Shown here in pieces: positions 24,543 to 38,440 of a stretch of DNA of 64,000 bases. The stretch comes from Octopus sinensis (taxonomy: Eukaryota). Position 1 is the first letter of the stretch; every line of letters begins with the position of its first letter. Where the stretch lies: assembly GCF_006345805.1 (NCBI RefSeq), contig NC_043001.1, positions 105,400,001 to 105,464,000 on the forward strand, in the 5' to 3' direction. The notes beneath the pieces were generated by a model. The model worked only from the letters and a program-made list of their open reading frames with translations, did no database searches and was not told where the DNA came from. The translations under genes and the position numbers were made by a program.

Positions 24543-25060
24543 GTCTGTGTGTGTTTGTCCGATATATTTTACTATTTAATTGCTCCTGCACTTGCTACAT
24601 TGAGACAAAAGAAACGATTTGAAATTATTTTGGTGATTCTCAAGAGATAGTATTTTCTAAGCTTTTATGATTAGAGAGTTAACCGGATGTAAGTTGGAAA
24701 TCGGAATCGAATTTCCTAACAATGAAATGTCATTGTTTTATAAAAATGTTGTTCTGAATCTTTGAACAGCTTAAAACAATGAACATACTGAAGGCACAGA
24801 CATACGTCGGCTGCTTCATCTATCCGACAGTTTGTTCTGTTCAACATTTTTATCTATGTAACTGTTTATTCTATTCAACAGCTTTATCTATCAAGCTCGG
24901 TGTGAAAAGAATATTTATTTACACATTCATCATAGCAAAAGGTAACGAGTTATTTCAATGATAGCTTTTTTCGTTGTTTTGAGATATTTATTTCGTCACC
25001 AATATAAATCGTTGTAGAAAAGATTTCAATAATGTGTGGGTATGTGTGTGTGTGTGTATG

Positions 25061-25099
<39 letters not shown>

Positions 25100-25103
<4 letters not shown>

Positions 25104-25507
25104 AGGGTCTGGTCCCAAACTTTGGCATTCAAAGTTACCCCAATAGCAGAACGGGGCGCCACTGCATGGTGCTAAAGATCCCAACATCACCATCAAATTA
25201 CAGGACCAGATACTGCAACAGCTTAGGTTTCAGAGGACCACAGCTCTTCAATATCCTTCCTAAATGCCTGAGAGACCTGCATGGTGTGGATGTGTGTTTC
25301 TTTAAAACTAAACTGGATCTCTTCTTGTCAGGGGTTCCAGATGAAACTACCTCTCAGCAGGAAACACAGATGCGGGCAGCGGCGTAGAACTCCCTTGTTG
25401 ATCACGTGCCTCGTATCAGAGGTGGTTTCACATACTAGTGTAGCCCATTCAACGGTGGTGTCCCAGTATGGCCGCAGCCTTCGAGCTGAAACATTTTTAA
25501 GGATTAA

Positions 25508-25508
<1 letters not shown>
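25100..25508 (+). mobile_element. CR1/L2-group LINE 3' end fragment between (TA)n tracts
   Basis: NSLGFRGPQLFNILPKCLRDL..FFKTKLDLFLSGVPDE matches the C-terminal motif xWNxLP..FKxxLD. Confidence 0.75.
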
Positions 25509-25552
<44 letters not shown>

Positions 25553-25555
<3 letters not shown>

Positions 25556-26526
25556 TATGTTTAAAATTAAGCTTTAGATAGGAGACTTTAAAACGTAGTA
25601 TCCAAACCTTGTTTCGGGTACGTCTGTAGTAGTGTACTTTGAGATCACGTTCTCCACATACGGCTACTGGGTATCGTCCACGGTGCCGCACTTTTGTCAG
25701 AGGATCTACGTAAGGATTTCCTCGGTGTGTATTTTGTATATTTAAAATAGTCGATAGGGAATATGGAGTGTACTGTAAGCTCTATTTAGCACGGCTATCG
25801 TTTCAGCTTCCATCTGCACTGCTCACTAGTATGTGGTGAACGATATAATGGAATCGAATGCATCCCACAGAGCAGAAGAAACTTCATCAGAGTACATAAT
25901 TCGTTACAGCTTTTTATTATGGGCATTTCGCTATATATGTATGGCATCGTGGTGTACATTTCGTTACATTTGGCAGGATGACGTTGGTATGGTACGTTCG
26001 TTTATAATTATATACGCAATTAATTGGATCTTAGATATATGGTTAGTAGTATGCCGATCGAAGCACTTTCACCGTTTAGGCTATCTCATGTCATCTATGG
26101 TTACTATACAATTGTCATTGGAATTATATCAGTAATTCCGCAGTACTCGTTGAGTTTATAATGAGAGAGGGAAGCGGAAATCGGAGTTGGTAAGAATCTG
26201 TATTTAATACAACGATCGTTTCGAACCATCTTCCATATGTCCGCTGCGGTAGGGTATTGTACAGCTAGTTGTGTTGCAAAACCCAGTGCAGGCTGCATCT
26301 CTCAACAACTGGTTCAGGAGCATCCGGTGGTGCAGATGTATCTCTCGTCGGGGAATAAATGAATACAACTCGTTAAAATAACTGTTCTGCAATGTAACTT
26401 CCCGTTTTCCTTCTTGTAGAAAGGAAAGCAGCCAGCGGGTGGAAATATCTTAATTTATATAGAAGATTAAATATAAAATCACAAAATATGAAAAGAACAC
26501 GCAATCTATCGAGAAGTATATATATA

Positions 26527-26575
<49 letters not shown>

Positions 26576-27555
26576 ATATATATATATAGGCTATGTTTAA
26601 AATTAAGCTTTAGATAGGAGACTTTAAAACGTAGTATCCAAACCTTGTTTCGGGTACGTCTGTAGTAGTGTACTTTGAGAGCACGTTCCCCACATACGGC
26701 TACTGGGTATCGTCCACGGTGCCGCACTTTTGTCAGAGATCTACGTAAGGATTTCCTCGGTGTGTATTTTGTATATTTAAATAGTGTCGATAGGGAATAT
26801 GGAGTGTACTGTAAGCTCTATTTAGCACGGCTATCGTTTCAGCTTCCATCTGCACTGCTCACTAGTATGTGGTGAACGATATAATGGAATCGAATGCATC
26901 CCACAGAGCAGAAGAAACTTCATCAGAGTACATAATTCGTTACAGCTTTTTATTATGGGCATTTCGCTATATATGTATGGCATCGTGGTGTACCGTTCGT
27001 TACATTTGGCAGGATGACGTTGGTATGGTACGTTCGTTTATAATTATATACGCAATTAATTGGATCTTAGATATATGGTTAGTAGTATGCCGATCGAAGC
27101 ACTTTCACCGTTTAGGCTATCTCATGTCATCTATGGTTACTATACAATTGTCATTGGAATTATATCAGTAATTCCGCAGTACTCGTTGAGTTTATAATGA
27201 GAGAGGGAAGCGGAAATCGGAGTTGGTAAGAATCTGTATTTAATACAACGATCGTTTCGAACCATCTTCCATATGTCCGCTGCGGTAGGGTATTGTACAG
27301 CTAGTTGTGTTGCAAAACCCAGTGCAGGCTGCATCTCTCAACAACTGGTTCAGGAGCATCCGGTGGTGCAGATGTATCTCGTCGGGGAATAAATGAATAC
27401 AACTCGTTAAAATAACTGTTCTGCAATGTAACTTCCCGTTTTCCTTCTTGTAGAAAGGAAAGCAGCCAGCGGGTGGAAATATCTTAATTTATATAGAAGA
27501 TTAAATATAAAATCACAAAATATGAAAAGAACACGCAATCTATCGAGAAAAGTAT
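25553..27555. repeat. Tandem duplication of a ~970-bp unit (25553-26519 and 26590-27555), period about 1036
   Basis: About 99% identical by eye and separated by (TA)n. The duplicated short ORFs in the track reflect this. Confidence 0.97.
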
Positions 27556-28599
27556 ATATATATTTGTTTAAGTATATGTGTATATACCCGTGGGGCATAC
27601 AGCATGGTTTACATATAATTTTGGCATTTCCGAAAATTTGTCAAGTTATAGTGAAGCACATACGTACATGTAAGGATATGAATTTCCATGTTTAGTCTGT
27701 GAATCATTTACGCTACGAAATCAACCAACGTGTAAATCATTTATTAGTTTGCGTCGATTGAAATGTTTTCCCACCATTTTTTGTCACTGCTGTCAGCAAT
27801 TCATGCAACCATTAAATTTGAATATCATTAAAAACAGATATTTATGAAATCATATGATTATAATATAGATTCTTCAAAAGCCATTAACACTTATTAAAAA
27901 GTGATCACCATGAAGTTCGTAAATTTTTCATGTTTTAAAATCAAATTTTATGCATTCAATACATGTTCTGTTTCAGTGTAAGTGACTGCGAAGGATATTA
28001 TTTTTTTAATATTTCCATTTTCCTGTACCGAAACCAGGATCGAAAATTCTACCGGGAGAAAAGCAAATTGGATAAAATCTTGATTAAATTATACTGAGGT
28101 AATTCAGAGAGAAGCTCAAAAGTCGTAGTATTAATAAATTCGATGAATTATCTCGTTTTACCCTTCACCATTGAACAAAAAGATGTAAGTCGAACTCAGA
28201 AAGGGTTACGCACTTCAAAACAATCAACGGCCTTAAGCAAAGCCGAACAATATTATAGAAACGAAGCACTTAATGAAAATATACTCCTGTATATTTAATT
28301 AAAAGCTGCATCGGTTTTCAATAGAATAAGAACCAGATTGTTAGAAAGTTTGCAATGTGCTTAAACGTGACGAATTAGAGGGAAAATAAGACTTATTAAT
28401 TAACTCAACAGCAAAATGTGTTCCGGAAACAATACACATAAAACCAATTCCATAAGAATAGGAGGAAAGACAACGATGTTTACGGGTAACAATGCTAATA
28501 TGCAAACTGAAGGTAGAAATAGAATTGCTAAAATTCAAAGAATAATGCAATTAATAAATTAAAACACAAAACAATCGTGAATTGCAGCAAATTGAATTA

Positions 28600-29690
28600 A
28601 ATAAAAATACTTATTTCTGAAAAATGTTTAAAAATTGTGGGGAAAAGTGAGAACTGCTAAAGAAAGGATAATTAGTTCTATAATTACGAAACTGAATTCC
28701 AAGAGGAACAAACTTTCAACAACCCAGCGACTAATCACTCGAAAGATCAAACAATACAAAACGAAAATAATTTCATATTTCAAAGTAACAAGTTTGCAAA
28801 ATAAATCGTTGCAATTCAGAATTAGGATCACCTCACAAAAAGAAGAAATTAATTTCCGCAAAGAAATATTCAGAGTACATTTAAACATAATAGGGAGAAA
28901 ATAGTGTTTCATGCCGCACTAATGGCGCTACAAAGACTGATAAACAAAACGATCAAATTTACAATATGTTTCTTTAACACCGTTCAAACAAATACACATA
29001 CCTTACAAAATAGAAGTAATAAATCTAAAACATTCATAAACATTATCTGAAGACAATATATTAGCAAAGGGAATAATATTTATACCAATATTCTCCCAGT
29101 CTAATACAAGTAAATTAAAGTAGATGATTCGCTTGTGCAGAACTAACGCAGCTGTTCTTCAACCCAACATTATGAATAAAACTTTTGTTGACATTTCTGA
29201 TTAGATATTGAATTTGCGATATAATGATGTGCTTAATCAAAGAAGGAAGTAAAATTACATCATTACCGGATGGGGAAAACATAATTGCATTAAAAGATGC
29301 CAACGCATTGATAATGAAAGTAGTTCATAAACATAGGGTAGTTATATTGGAGAATATTGAATAGAATAAGACTGTTACATAGCTGCTAAAGGACGATGTA
29401 CACCACGTAAAATGGAACGATGTAACCAACTGAAAATAATAGATAATCATTCACCGTTGTTACATTTATACAAAAACCGATTGGATCATAATGAAGCTGA
29501 TTACAGGATTAATTTTATGCGAGTCTAAGCTCTGATATGGCTTGGCAAATGTTCATCAAAAACAAAAACAAAAAAATAACACATGTCAGCAAAGAAAATA
29601 TAAGTAAACTCTATCAGGAGACTTAGAATTCTGTAAGAGACAACTTAGATATGATTTTCGAAAGAGACCAAGTAAGACACACATATGTAT

Positions 29691-29739
<49 letters not shown>

Positions 29740-30480
29740 ACTAAGTTTATCATTTCTTGTAGTGAATTCAGATACAAATCTACATCACGAATATTGAATT
29801 GGCGCGATAACATTATGGATGGAGAATTGTGCAAAACAATTGCCTGAACGTATAGAAAGAAACAACTAGTATTTGATGGATTAAGATTTCTTCTCCCAAA
29901 AAATAAATATAAGAAAACTGAGAAAATTCTAGACGATTGTTTTATTATTCACTAGAATGAATGACAACATAGATAACGTGAATAAATTTTAAATACTGCC
30001 TAACGGAATAAATTATAACATTTAACTCGCATTAGAGTAGAATCTAGAGACATTCCTGGTTTTACATAATTCTAGTAATGGAAGACAATAAGCGGACTGA
30101 GTGAATCGTATTTTAGAAAAATAAAGTTGAAAAGCAATATACATTCTTTACGGCGAATGATCGAAACACAAGAGAATAAATATTCCTTTTAATTTAGTCA
30201 AAATGGTTTCTAAAATTTTCTTTCATATAAATTAGAGTATAAATACAAGCGATAACTCACTTCAAATTAGACTTTAATTCTTATCGACAGACATTATCGA
30301 CCGCGTATAACAGATGTTGTACGAGAAGAGATGTTTAATGTCTGGTTGTCAAGACAGAATATCACACCCGAACTATAAACATTACTATATGCCTCTTCCT
30401 TCAAACCTAGACGTAAAAAATGACAAATTTGATTCTTTAAAATGTATTGATGATGAAAATATACGAATCCTATTCTGTGA
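28600..30480 (+). mobile_element. Possible heavily decayed Penelope-like RT/GIY-YIG region
   Basis: A-rich coding-like composition with faint, collinear remnants (DANAL, KLITG..LAN, YKSTSRILNW, GFYII). Many stops. Confidence 0.3.
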
Positions 30481-30845
30481 TCAGAATCAGTTATTAAAGA
30501 GAATACTAAAGGAGCAAATATATGTTTATCCTCACCATCATCACAATCACCACCACCACCACCACCACCACCACCACCACCACAACTACCACATCAAGCG
30601 CCATCACCAATCGCACCACCATAAATTATAGATGATTCAAGTATAAGAGTAATTTCTCTTGACTTTTACCAATTCCGAGCAAGAACAGCGATTCAAAATA
30701 TATACGCATTATAGGTTTGCGTATGGAACAAATTTGTATAATATTTAAGATGTGAAGAGAATTAGATACAAGAAACCGGAACGAGGTACGAAACCAAATA
30801 ACACTGTATACAAGATTAATAATATTTTCAAAGAACAAGACCATA

Positions 30846-31050
30846 AGGTGGCGGAAACGTTAGCACGCCAGGCGAAATACTTAGCGGTATTTCGTCTGTC
30901 TTTACGTTGCCAGTTTAAATTCCGCTGCGGTCACCTTTGCCCTTCATCCTTTTGGGGTCGATAAATTAAGTACCAGGTGCGGACCGGGGTCGATCTAATC
31001 CACTGCACCCCTCTCCAAAAATGTCGGGCCTTGTGCCAAGAGTAGAAAAT
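30846..31050 (+). mobile_element. Family A SINE
   Basis: gaaacgttagcacgcc..cctttgcccttcatccttttggggtcgataaattaagtaccag. Confidence 0.88.
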
Positions 31051-31189
31051 ATCTTCAAGTCTCAGAGAGATGTTGCTTAAGAACATATTCATACGAGTTG
31101 GACCGGAATATGAAATGACATTCAATTCTTAATTTCTCTAATATGTCGAGTTTCCACGCAGTGGGTACGTGTATTCTTTTGTTTGTTTC

Positions 31190-31570
31190 GGTTTTTTCAT
31201 TGCGGCCATACAGGAGCACCGCTTTTAGTCGAACAAATCGATCCCCGGACTTATTCTTTGTAAGCCAGGGACTTATTCTATCGGAATCTTTTTACCGTTA
31301 CGGGGACGCAAACGCACCAACATCGGTGTCAAGTAGTGTTGGGGAGACAAACACATACACACAAATACATAATTCATATATATATATATGTAGATGTGTG
31401 TGTTTGTGTGCGTGTGACAGGCTTCTTTCAGTTTCCGTCTGCCAAATCAGCTCACAAGGCTTTGGTCGGCCCTAGTTTATAGTGGAAGAGAATTGCCCAA
31501 GGTGCCACGCAGTGGGACTGAACCCGGAACCATGTGGTCGGGAAGCAAGTTTATAACTGCTGCACCTGCA
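31190..31570 (-). mobile_element. Family B SINE
   Basis: gcccaaggtgccacgcagtgggactgaacccggaaccatgtgg plus the shared body. Confidence 0.9.
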
Positions 31571-31654
31571 TATATATATATAATGTAAAAACATTAACAC
31601 AGGTTGTCAAGTGGCAATCGACACACCCAAACATCCACCACCACCCACACAGAT

Positions 31655-31918
31655 TACGACGACGAGAGTTTCACTTGATCCGAGCAACAGAACATCCTGC
31701 TGGTTAAATTAACGCGCAACTGGCTGAGCAGAAACACATGTAACCTTAACGTACTTCTCAGGGAGATTCTTCATGACACAGTGTGATAAGGCTTTGCCAG
31801 CTGAGTGGACTGAAGCAAAACTGAAATAAAGTGTCTTGCTCAAGGACACTACGCGCCGCCGGGAATTGAATTACCAAGCTTAGGATCGTATATCCTGACT
31901 AGTAAGCCACTCGTCTTC
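31655..31918 (-). mobile_element. Family D CORE-like SINE (head and core as in family C, different tail)
   Basis: aaataaagtgtcttgctcaaggacac is the reverse complement of the family C core. The tail differs (cttaacgtacttctcagggagatt). Confidence 0.7.
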
Positions 31919-32739
31919 ACTCATTTATTCATTCATTCATTATATATATATATATATTATATATATATAATATATATATATAATTGATAATAAAACATAT
32001 GTATGTGTGTATATGTATGTATGTTACTATGTGTGTACCTGTGTGCGTTTCTGTGTGTACACAAAATCTGTTCTGTGTCCATCCTATTAAATGACGAGTC
32101 TATCTTTTCCATTATAAAATTTGACCGTCTCCGTATTTATTCTCAAATAAATCTCAGTTAGATAGATTACTAAACAACTCTAAAATAAATTTTCTGTATA
32201 TCTTTCACTGAATGCCATTCATTTCAGCAGCAGCTAAATAATCGTTAATTACTTCGTCTATTTAAATTTTATTAATTATTTGCTCGGTCGATAAATATTC
32301 ACTATTTTCTCATGATATATGCATATTACCTGCACACTTACGTAGCAGTGAAACATAAACGTTTAAACACACATTTCATTTTATAAACAGATAAACATTT
32401 TTATAAATGTGAATAAAGATGCAGGCGAGCTATCACTTTTACTCTGTTCATTCACTTATGTGATAAGAACTTTTCATGCTCATTTGTTGAATTTTAGTGT
32501 TTGTAATAGCAACGTAAGTGAATAGAAAATTATAATGTTTAAAAATGGCACAGTGGATCAATAGATTGGATATACTTTCTAACATAGAGTGCAGCCAATT
32601 TATCATCTTTAATCAGTGACTGGAAACTCCTTATAAGCTAATGCTCCAAATCTTTAGCTATTTATCTCGCTGTCTATATACCTGGCGAGATGTGAATGAA
32701 ATTTTCAATATATGCATATATATATATATATATACACAC

Positions 32740-32809
<70 letters not shown>

Positions 32810-32832
<23 letters not shown>

Positions 32833-33346
32833 ATGTTTGTGTGTGTGTGCGTGCGTGTGTGAGTATACATATAATATAGGACATACCATACATGTAAGCA
32901 TGTATATATATTCTTTTACTTGTTTCAGTCATTTGACTGCGGCCATGCTGTAGACCCCCCTTTATTCGAACAAATTGACCCCCAGGACTTATTCTTTGTA
33001 AGCCTAGTACGTATTCCATCGCTCTCTTTCGCCGAACCGCTAACTACCGGGACGTACACATACCAGCATCGGTTCTCAAGCAATGTTGGGGGATAAACAG
33101 ACACAAGCGTACAAACACACACATACACAGAAATACATACATATTTACGACAGGCTTCTTTCAGTTTCCATCTACCAAATCTACCCACAAGGCTTTGCTC
33201 AGCCCGAGGCCATAGTAGGAGTCACTTTCCCAATGTGACATGCATATATATATATGCATGTATATACATATATAATATATATATCTACATAGATATATAT
33301 GTGTATACATATATATCTATATATCTATCTATCTATCTATCTATAT

Positions 33347-33380
<34 letters not shown>

Positions 33381-34264
33381 CATACATATATATGTCTATA
33401 TATATATGTATATATACTAATATATATCGCTATGCATAGACACACACATACACACACGCGCGCGCTTATAACGAATTCCTGCAAGTCTTTGAAAAAGCAA
33501 ATGCTAACTAGATGCAGTCCAGTTGAAAAATTCTTGCTTCATTACCATATTTTGATTAGTTTCCTCTTCGTTACAATATTAAGAGGTATTTTACATTCTT
33601 CCTGATTCGATGTTTTTGTTTGTATTATTTTTTTTTCCGCTTTGGGATTTTAAAGTTTTACTTATACAAATTGAAGAGTTTTTCATTAGTGTCGATACGT
33701 GCTCTTGCTACACATGGTTTATTTTAAGAATAATATATTTAGCTAGGAGGGAATTCTTTCTCCTTTCATTTGTAACTATTTCCATATACACATCTCAATT
33801 TAGCACGGTGCGATAAATCCTTGTGGATAATAAAGTTAATAAAATGCCTTCACTCTAGGCCATCAAAATATTTCTGTCTTCAATATGAAAGCTCTTCTAT
33901 TTCGGTAAAATTGTTTATTATTGGAAATTAAGCTATCAAAAAAAAAAAAAAATGATGCGAAGAAAAAAATTCAACTTGCTTCTTCTTTTTCATTAGCTGG
34001 GAGATATTTTCTTACGAGTTAATTTGCAACTGAAAATCAATTTAGTGATGTATTCCATTTAAAAATTTTGAAACGTAAATAAAGTACACGAAATTTTGTC
34101 TTTTCTCGTTGCTCACATCATAAGCACCGGTGAACATATTTTAGCATGGGACATTTGATGCTTTAAACTGATGCATACATACATGCAGGTATATTTATAT
34201 ATATTACATAAATATATATATATAGGTATACATATATACTTTTATATACATACATACATATATA

Positions 34265-34348
<84 letters not shown>

Positions 34349-34891
34349 CACACACACACACATATATATATATATAATGTTTGTGTGTGTGTGCGTGCGT
34401 GTGTGAGTATACATATAATATAGGACATACCATACATGTAAGCATGTATATATATTCTTTTACTTGTTTCAGTCATTTGACTGCGGCCATGCTGTAGACC
34501 CCCCTTTATTCGAACAAATTGACCCCCAGGACTTATTCTTTGTAAGCCTAGTACGTATTCCATCGCTCTCTTTCGCCGAACCGCTAACTACCGGGACGTA
34601 CACATACCAGCATCGGTTCTCAAGCAATGTTGGGGGATAAACAGACACAAGCGTACAAACACACACATACACAGAAATACATACATATTTACGACAGGCT
34701 TCTTTCAGTTTCCATCTACCAAATCTACCCACAAGGCTTTGCTCAGCCCGAGGCCATAGTAGGAGTCACTTTCCCAATGTGACATGCATATATATATATA
34801 TACATACATATATATATATATAATATATATATCTACATAGATATATATGTGTATACATATATATCTATATATCTATCTATCTATCTATCTA

Positions 34892-34933
<42 letters not shown>

Positions 34934-35801
34934 CATATATATGTCTATATATATATGTATATATACTAATATATATCGCTATGCATAGACACACACATAC
35001 ACACACGCGCGCGCTTATAACGAATTCCTGCAAGTCTTTGAAAAAGCAAATGCTAACTAGATGCAGTCCAGTTGAAAAATTCTTGCTTCATTACCATATT
35101 TTGATTAGTTTCCTCTTCGTTACAATATTAAGAGGTATTTTACATTCTTCCTGATTCGATGTTTTTGTTTGTATTATTTTTTTTCCGCTTTGGGATTTTA
35201 AAGTTTTACTTATACAAATTGAAGAGTTTTTCATTAGTGTCGATACGTGCTCTTGCTACACATGGTTTATTTTAAGAATAATATATTTAGCTAGGAGGGA
35301 ATTCTTTCTCCTTTCATTTGTAACTATTTCCATATACACATCTCAATTTAGCACGGTGCGATAAATCCTTGTGGATAATAAAGTTAATAAAATGCCTTCA
35401 CTCTAGGCCATCAAAATATTTCTGTCTTCAATATGAAAGCTCTTCTATTTCGGTAAAATTGTTTATTATTGGAAATTAAGCTATCAAAAAAAAAAAAAAT
35501 GATGCGAAGAAAAAAATTCAACTTGCTTCTTCTTTTTCATTAGCTGGGAGATATTTTCTTACGAGTTAATTTGCAACTGAAAATCAATTTAGTGATGTAT
35601 TCCATTTAAAAATTTTGAAACGTAAATAAAGTACACGAAATTTTGTCTTTTCTCGTTGCTCACATCATAAGCACCGGTGAACATATTTTAGCATGGGACA
35701 TTTGATGCTTTAAACTGATGCATACATACATGCAGGTATATTTATATATATTTACATAAATATATATATATAGGTATACATATATACTTTTATATACATA
35801 C

Positions 35802-35815
<14 letters not shown>
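32810..35815. repeat. Tandem duplication of a ~1.45-kb unit (32810-34262 and 34355-35815), period about 1545; each unit contains a family B SINE (32910-33235 and 34455-34780, minus)
   Basis: Virtually identical apart from microsatellite and homopolymer lengths. Confidence 0.97.
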
Positions 35816-35832
<17 letters not shown>

Positions 35833-35890
35833 GGTATGCATAATACACACACATATATATACTTACCTATATACATATGTATGTAAGTAG

Positions 35891-35949
<59 letters not shown>

Positions 35950-37067
35950 ATATATATATATATATATAAGGGTCTGTGTAAATATATGGGAATCTGAATT
36001 AGTTATCGTGCATAATACTTTTGATTACTAGCCAAATTTGATTTAAGAACATGTTGTTTAGCGAATTAATATGTTATATTGAATCAATAAAATTAATGAT
36101 TGAAACAAAATATGAGTTAATAATAATATAACATTACTATTCGAAGTATATTATACCTGATGCATTGTAGTGCAGGATTAGAATATTATAAGCCTTATGC
36201 TAAATTTGATATGAATGAATTTATCAAAAATTAAAATTCGGCATCGTATTTGGTAGTTGAATTTGATATTTACAGCCGCCATGTTATAAAATTGCTTCAG
36301 CGTTTGGGAAAATGTGAATGTAATCTAAACAATTGTATTTTTGTTTACAAAACATTTTTCTTCCTCTTTACGTATTGAACCTTAATTTATTTTGTTTATT
36401 GTGATTTCACTATGCTATTTATCTAACATATAAATAAGAAAAACATGAAAACGTGAAGGTATCTATGACGCTTATTTGGGATTTGTCACAGTAAACCAGT
36501 GAGCTGAAACGCTAGAAATACAATAAGAATGGTGTTTGCAAATGATCACCTCTCAAGTTTGATTACATAAATATCCTTTCCCACTGAAAAATTGATAGCT
36601 TCAGAATATTATCTTCAGAATTACTGTCGTATGCTGAAGATATAAACTGGATCTAGAATACAATAGCAATTTAAATTGAAAGTAATTGCATTAATTGATT
36701 TTAAGATGTTGCTTTTATAATCCTTTAATATTTTTGCGTATCTCATATCATAAATTATGATGTGATGCTTTTGCTTAAATTTATTTATTCTGTATTTGAT
36801 ATATTGATAACTTATGCCTCCGTAGATTTTCTTTCATATAACATAGACGCGTGGCTATTCAAATATACACTGCAATGAGGTAAAATATTTATGTTATCTT
36901 AACGTATCTTAAATTCAAAATGATACAATTAAAATATCATGTTTTGCGAAAATATCTGTTTCATATCATGAATAATATAAACGTTTTAAATAAAGAAAGT
37001 GCACTAGCTTGAGTGGAAAAAGTTAAGAAATTTGTAAGCGACTACTCCTAGATCAACATGAGGTCTT

Positions 37068-37072
37068 GTATA

Positions 37073-37127
<55 letters not shown>

Positions 37128-37500
37128 TATTATTATTATTATAATTATTATTATTATCATTATTATTATTATTATTTTTATTATTATTATTATTATCATC
37201 ATCATTATTATTATTATTCTTTTGTTACGCAGTGTAGGTAAAAATGTACCGGATTCTTTCGTCATCTGTCAAGTCACAAGAAGGATGTGCGTTGTGCCCA
37301 ATAAGGCTACTTTTTCCACGACATCAATCTTGCATGGGATTTCCAGTTCCCTTAAGAAGTCTTGAAGTTTCAGTGGGATTGAGCTCAACGTTCCGATCAT
37401 CACTGGTAACACGTTTACTCAATTCTCTCGTATTCCATACAGTCTTGCCATTTCCAATTTTACTTCGGAGTACTTGGTGATTTTTATATTGTTGGGTATT
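37068..37500 (-). mobile_element. R4/Dong-type 3' end with a (TAA)n tail or target tract (37068-37217)
   Basis: Minus translation EKVALLGTTHIL, a short 3'UTR, then (TAA)n. Confidence 0.7.
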
Positions 37501-37504
37501 ATGG

Positions 37505-38440
37505 AAAGCGTCAGCTGTCCACAGCCAGTAGACTAAGGGGACACCTGTTTACTGGTCATGCTTCAAGAACCCTGCAAAGAATTCTTCCATATCCGAGCAA
37601 TGCTGATTTTCGTAGGTGTTCTACCTTCAAACTTGCACCGATCTTTTTCAGCCATGTTCATAGTTGAGTGTTGATGCTTCCAAGTGCACCAATTACTATT
37701 GGTATCAAGCCTATTCTCTTCATTGACCACAACCATCGTATTTGCCACTTGAAACCGTCAGAGTTGTCCATAGTATCACATTGATCGTGTTGTCACCGTG
37801 GCATGCAATGTTCTTTTTTTTATTCACCACAGATGTTGCACAGTAGAGACACCTGCTCATTCCTCAGATTGACCCTCCAGTTCGTGGTCAGGGCTTGGTT
37901 CTGCGTTGCCAGTATAGTGCTCTAGGTTTCTTTTTTAATGGTTGCTTTCATCAACCAAACCCACCTATTTTTTCCAACAGCTTCTGTTTTGGTTACATGG
38001 AAATAATTGTGTGGTCACTTCTGGTGTAATTCTTCTTCATCTCATTTTTGTACTTTCTTTGTTTTCCCTTTTTATACTGCTCTGAATACTCTCTCGTTCC
38101 TAATTGTCACTAGCAAGGTTTCCCTTCTTTGAGCTTGGTTTCTCATTAAGCTCTCGAGTTCGATGCGCACGCAGTCTTCCACGTTTATCAGCCCCCTTCC
38201 TCCATTTGCTCCTTTCGTGTATAGGCGATCAATGTCTGCACGTGGATGATGGACTCCATGCATCGTTAAGAGCTTTCTCGACTTCCTGTCTAACACCTAT
38301 AGCTCCTACTCTGTCCATTTCGGGATTCCAGTGTTATACCGAACTGCTGCGACTGTGCACGAATTTTTCATCATCACCAACATTATTATTATTTCTCCTT
38401 ACCACATATTTTGTTAAAGCTCCTGGGGTCTTACATGCGT
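37505..38440 (-). mobile_element. Second decayed R4/Dong-type fragment
   Basis: LDRKSRKLLTMHGVHHPRADIDRLY..GGRGLINVED, ATQNQAL, RHGDN and the terminal LRKSALLGYGRILCRVLEA. Confidence 0.8.

Noticed and set aside
25833-27171. Two near-identical 100-aa ORFs as a duplicated gene
   Set aside because: They are a by-product of the tandem duplication. They have a GTG start, no domain, and overlap the antisense structured motifs.
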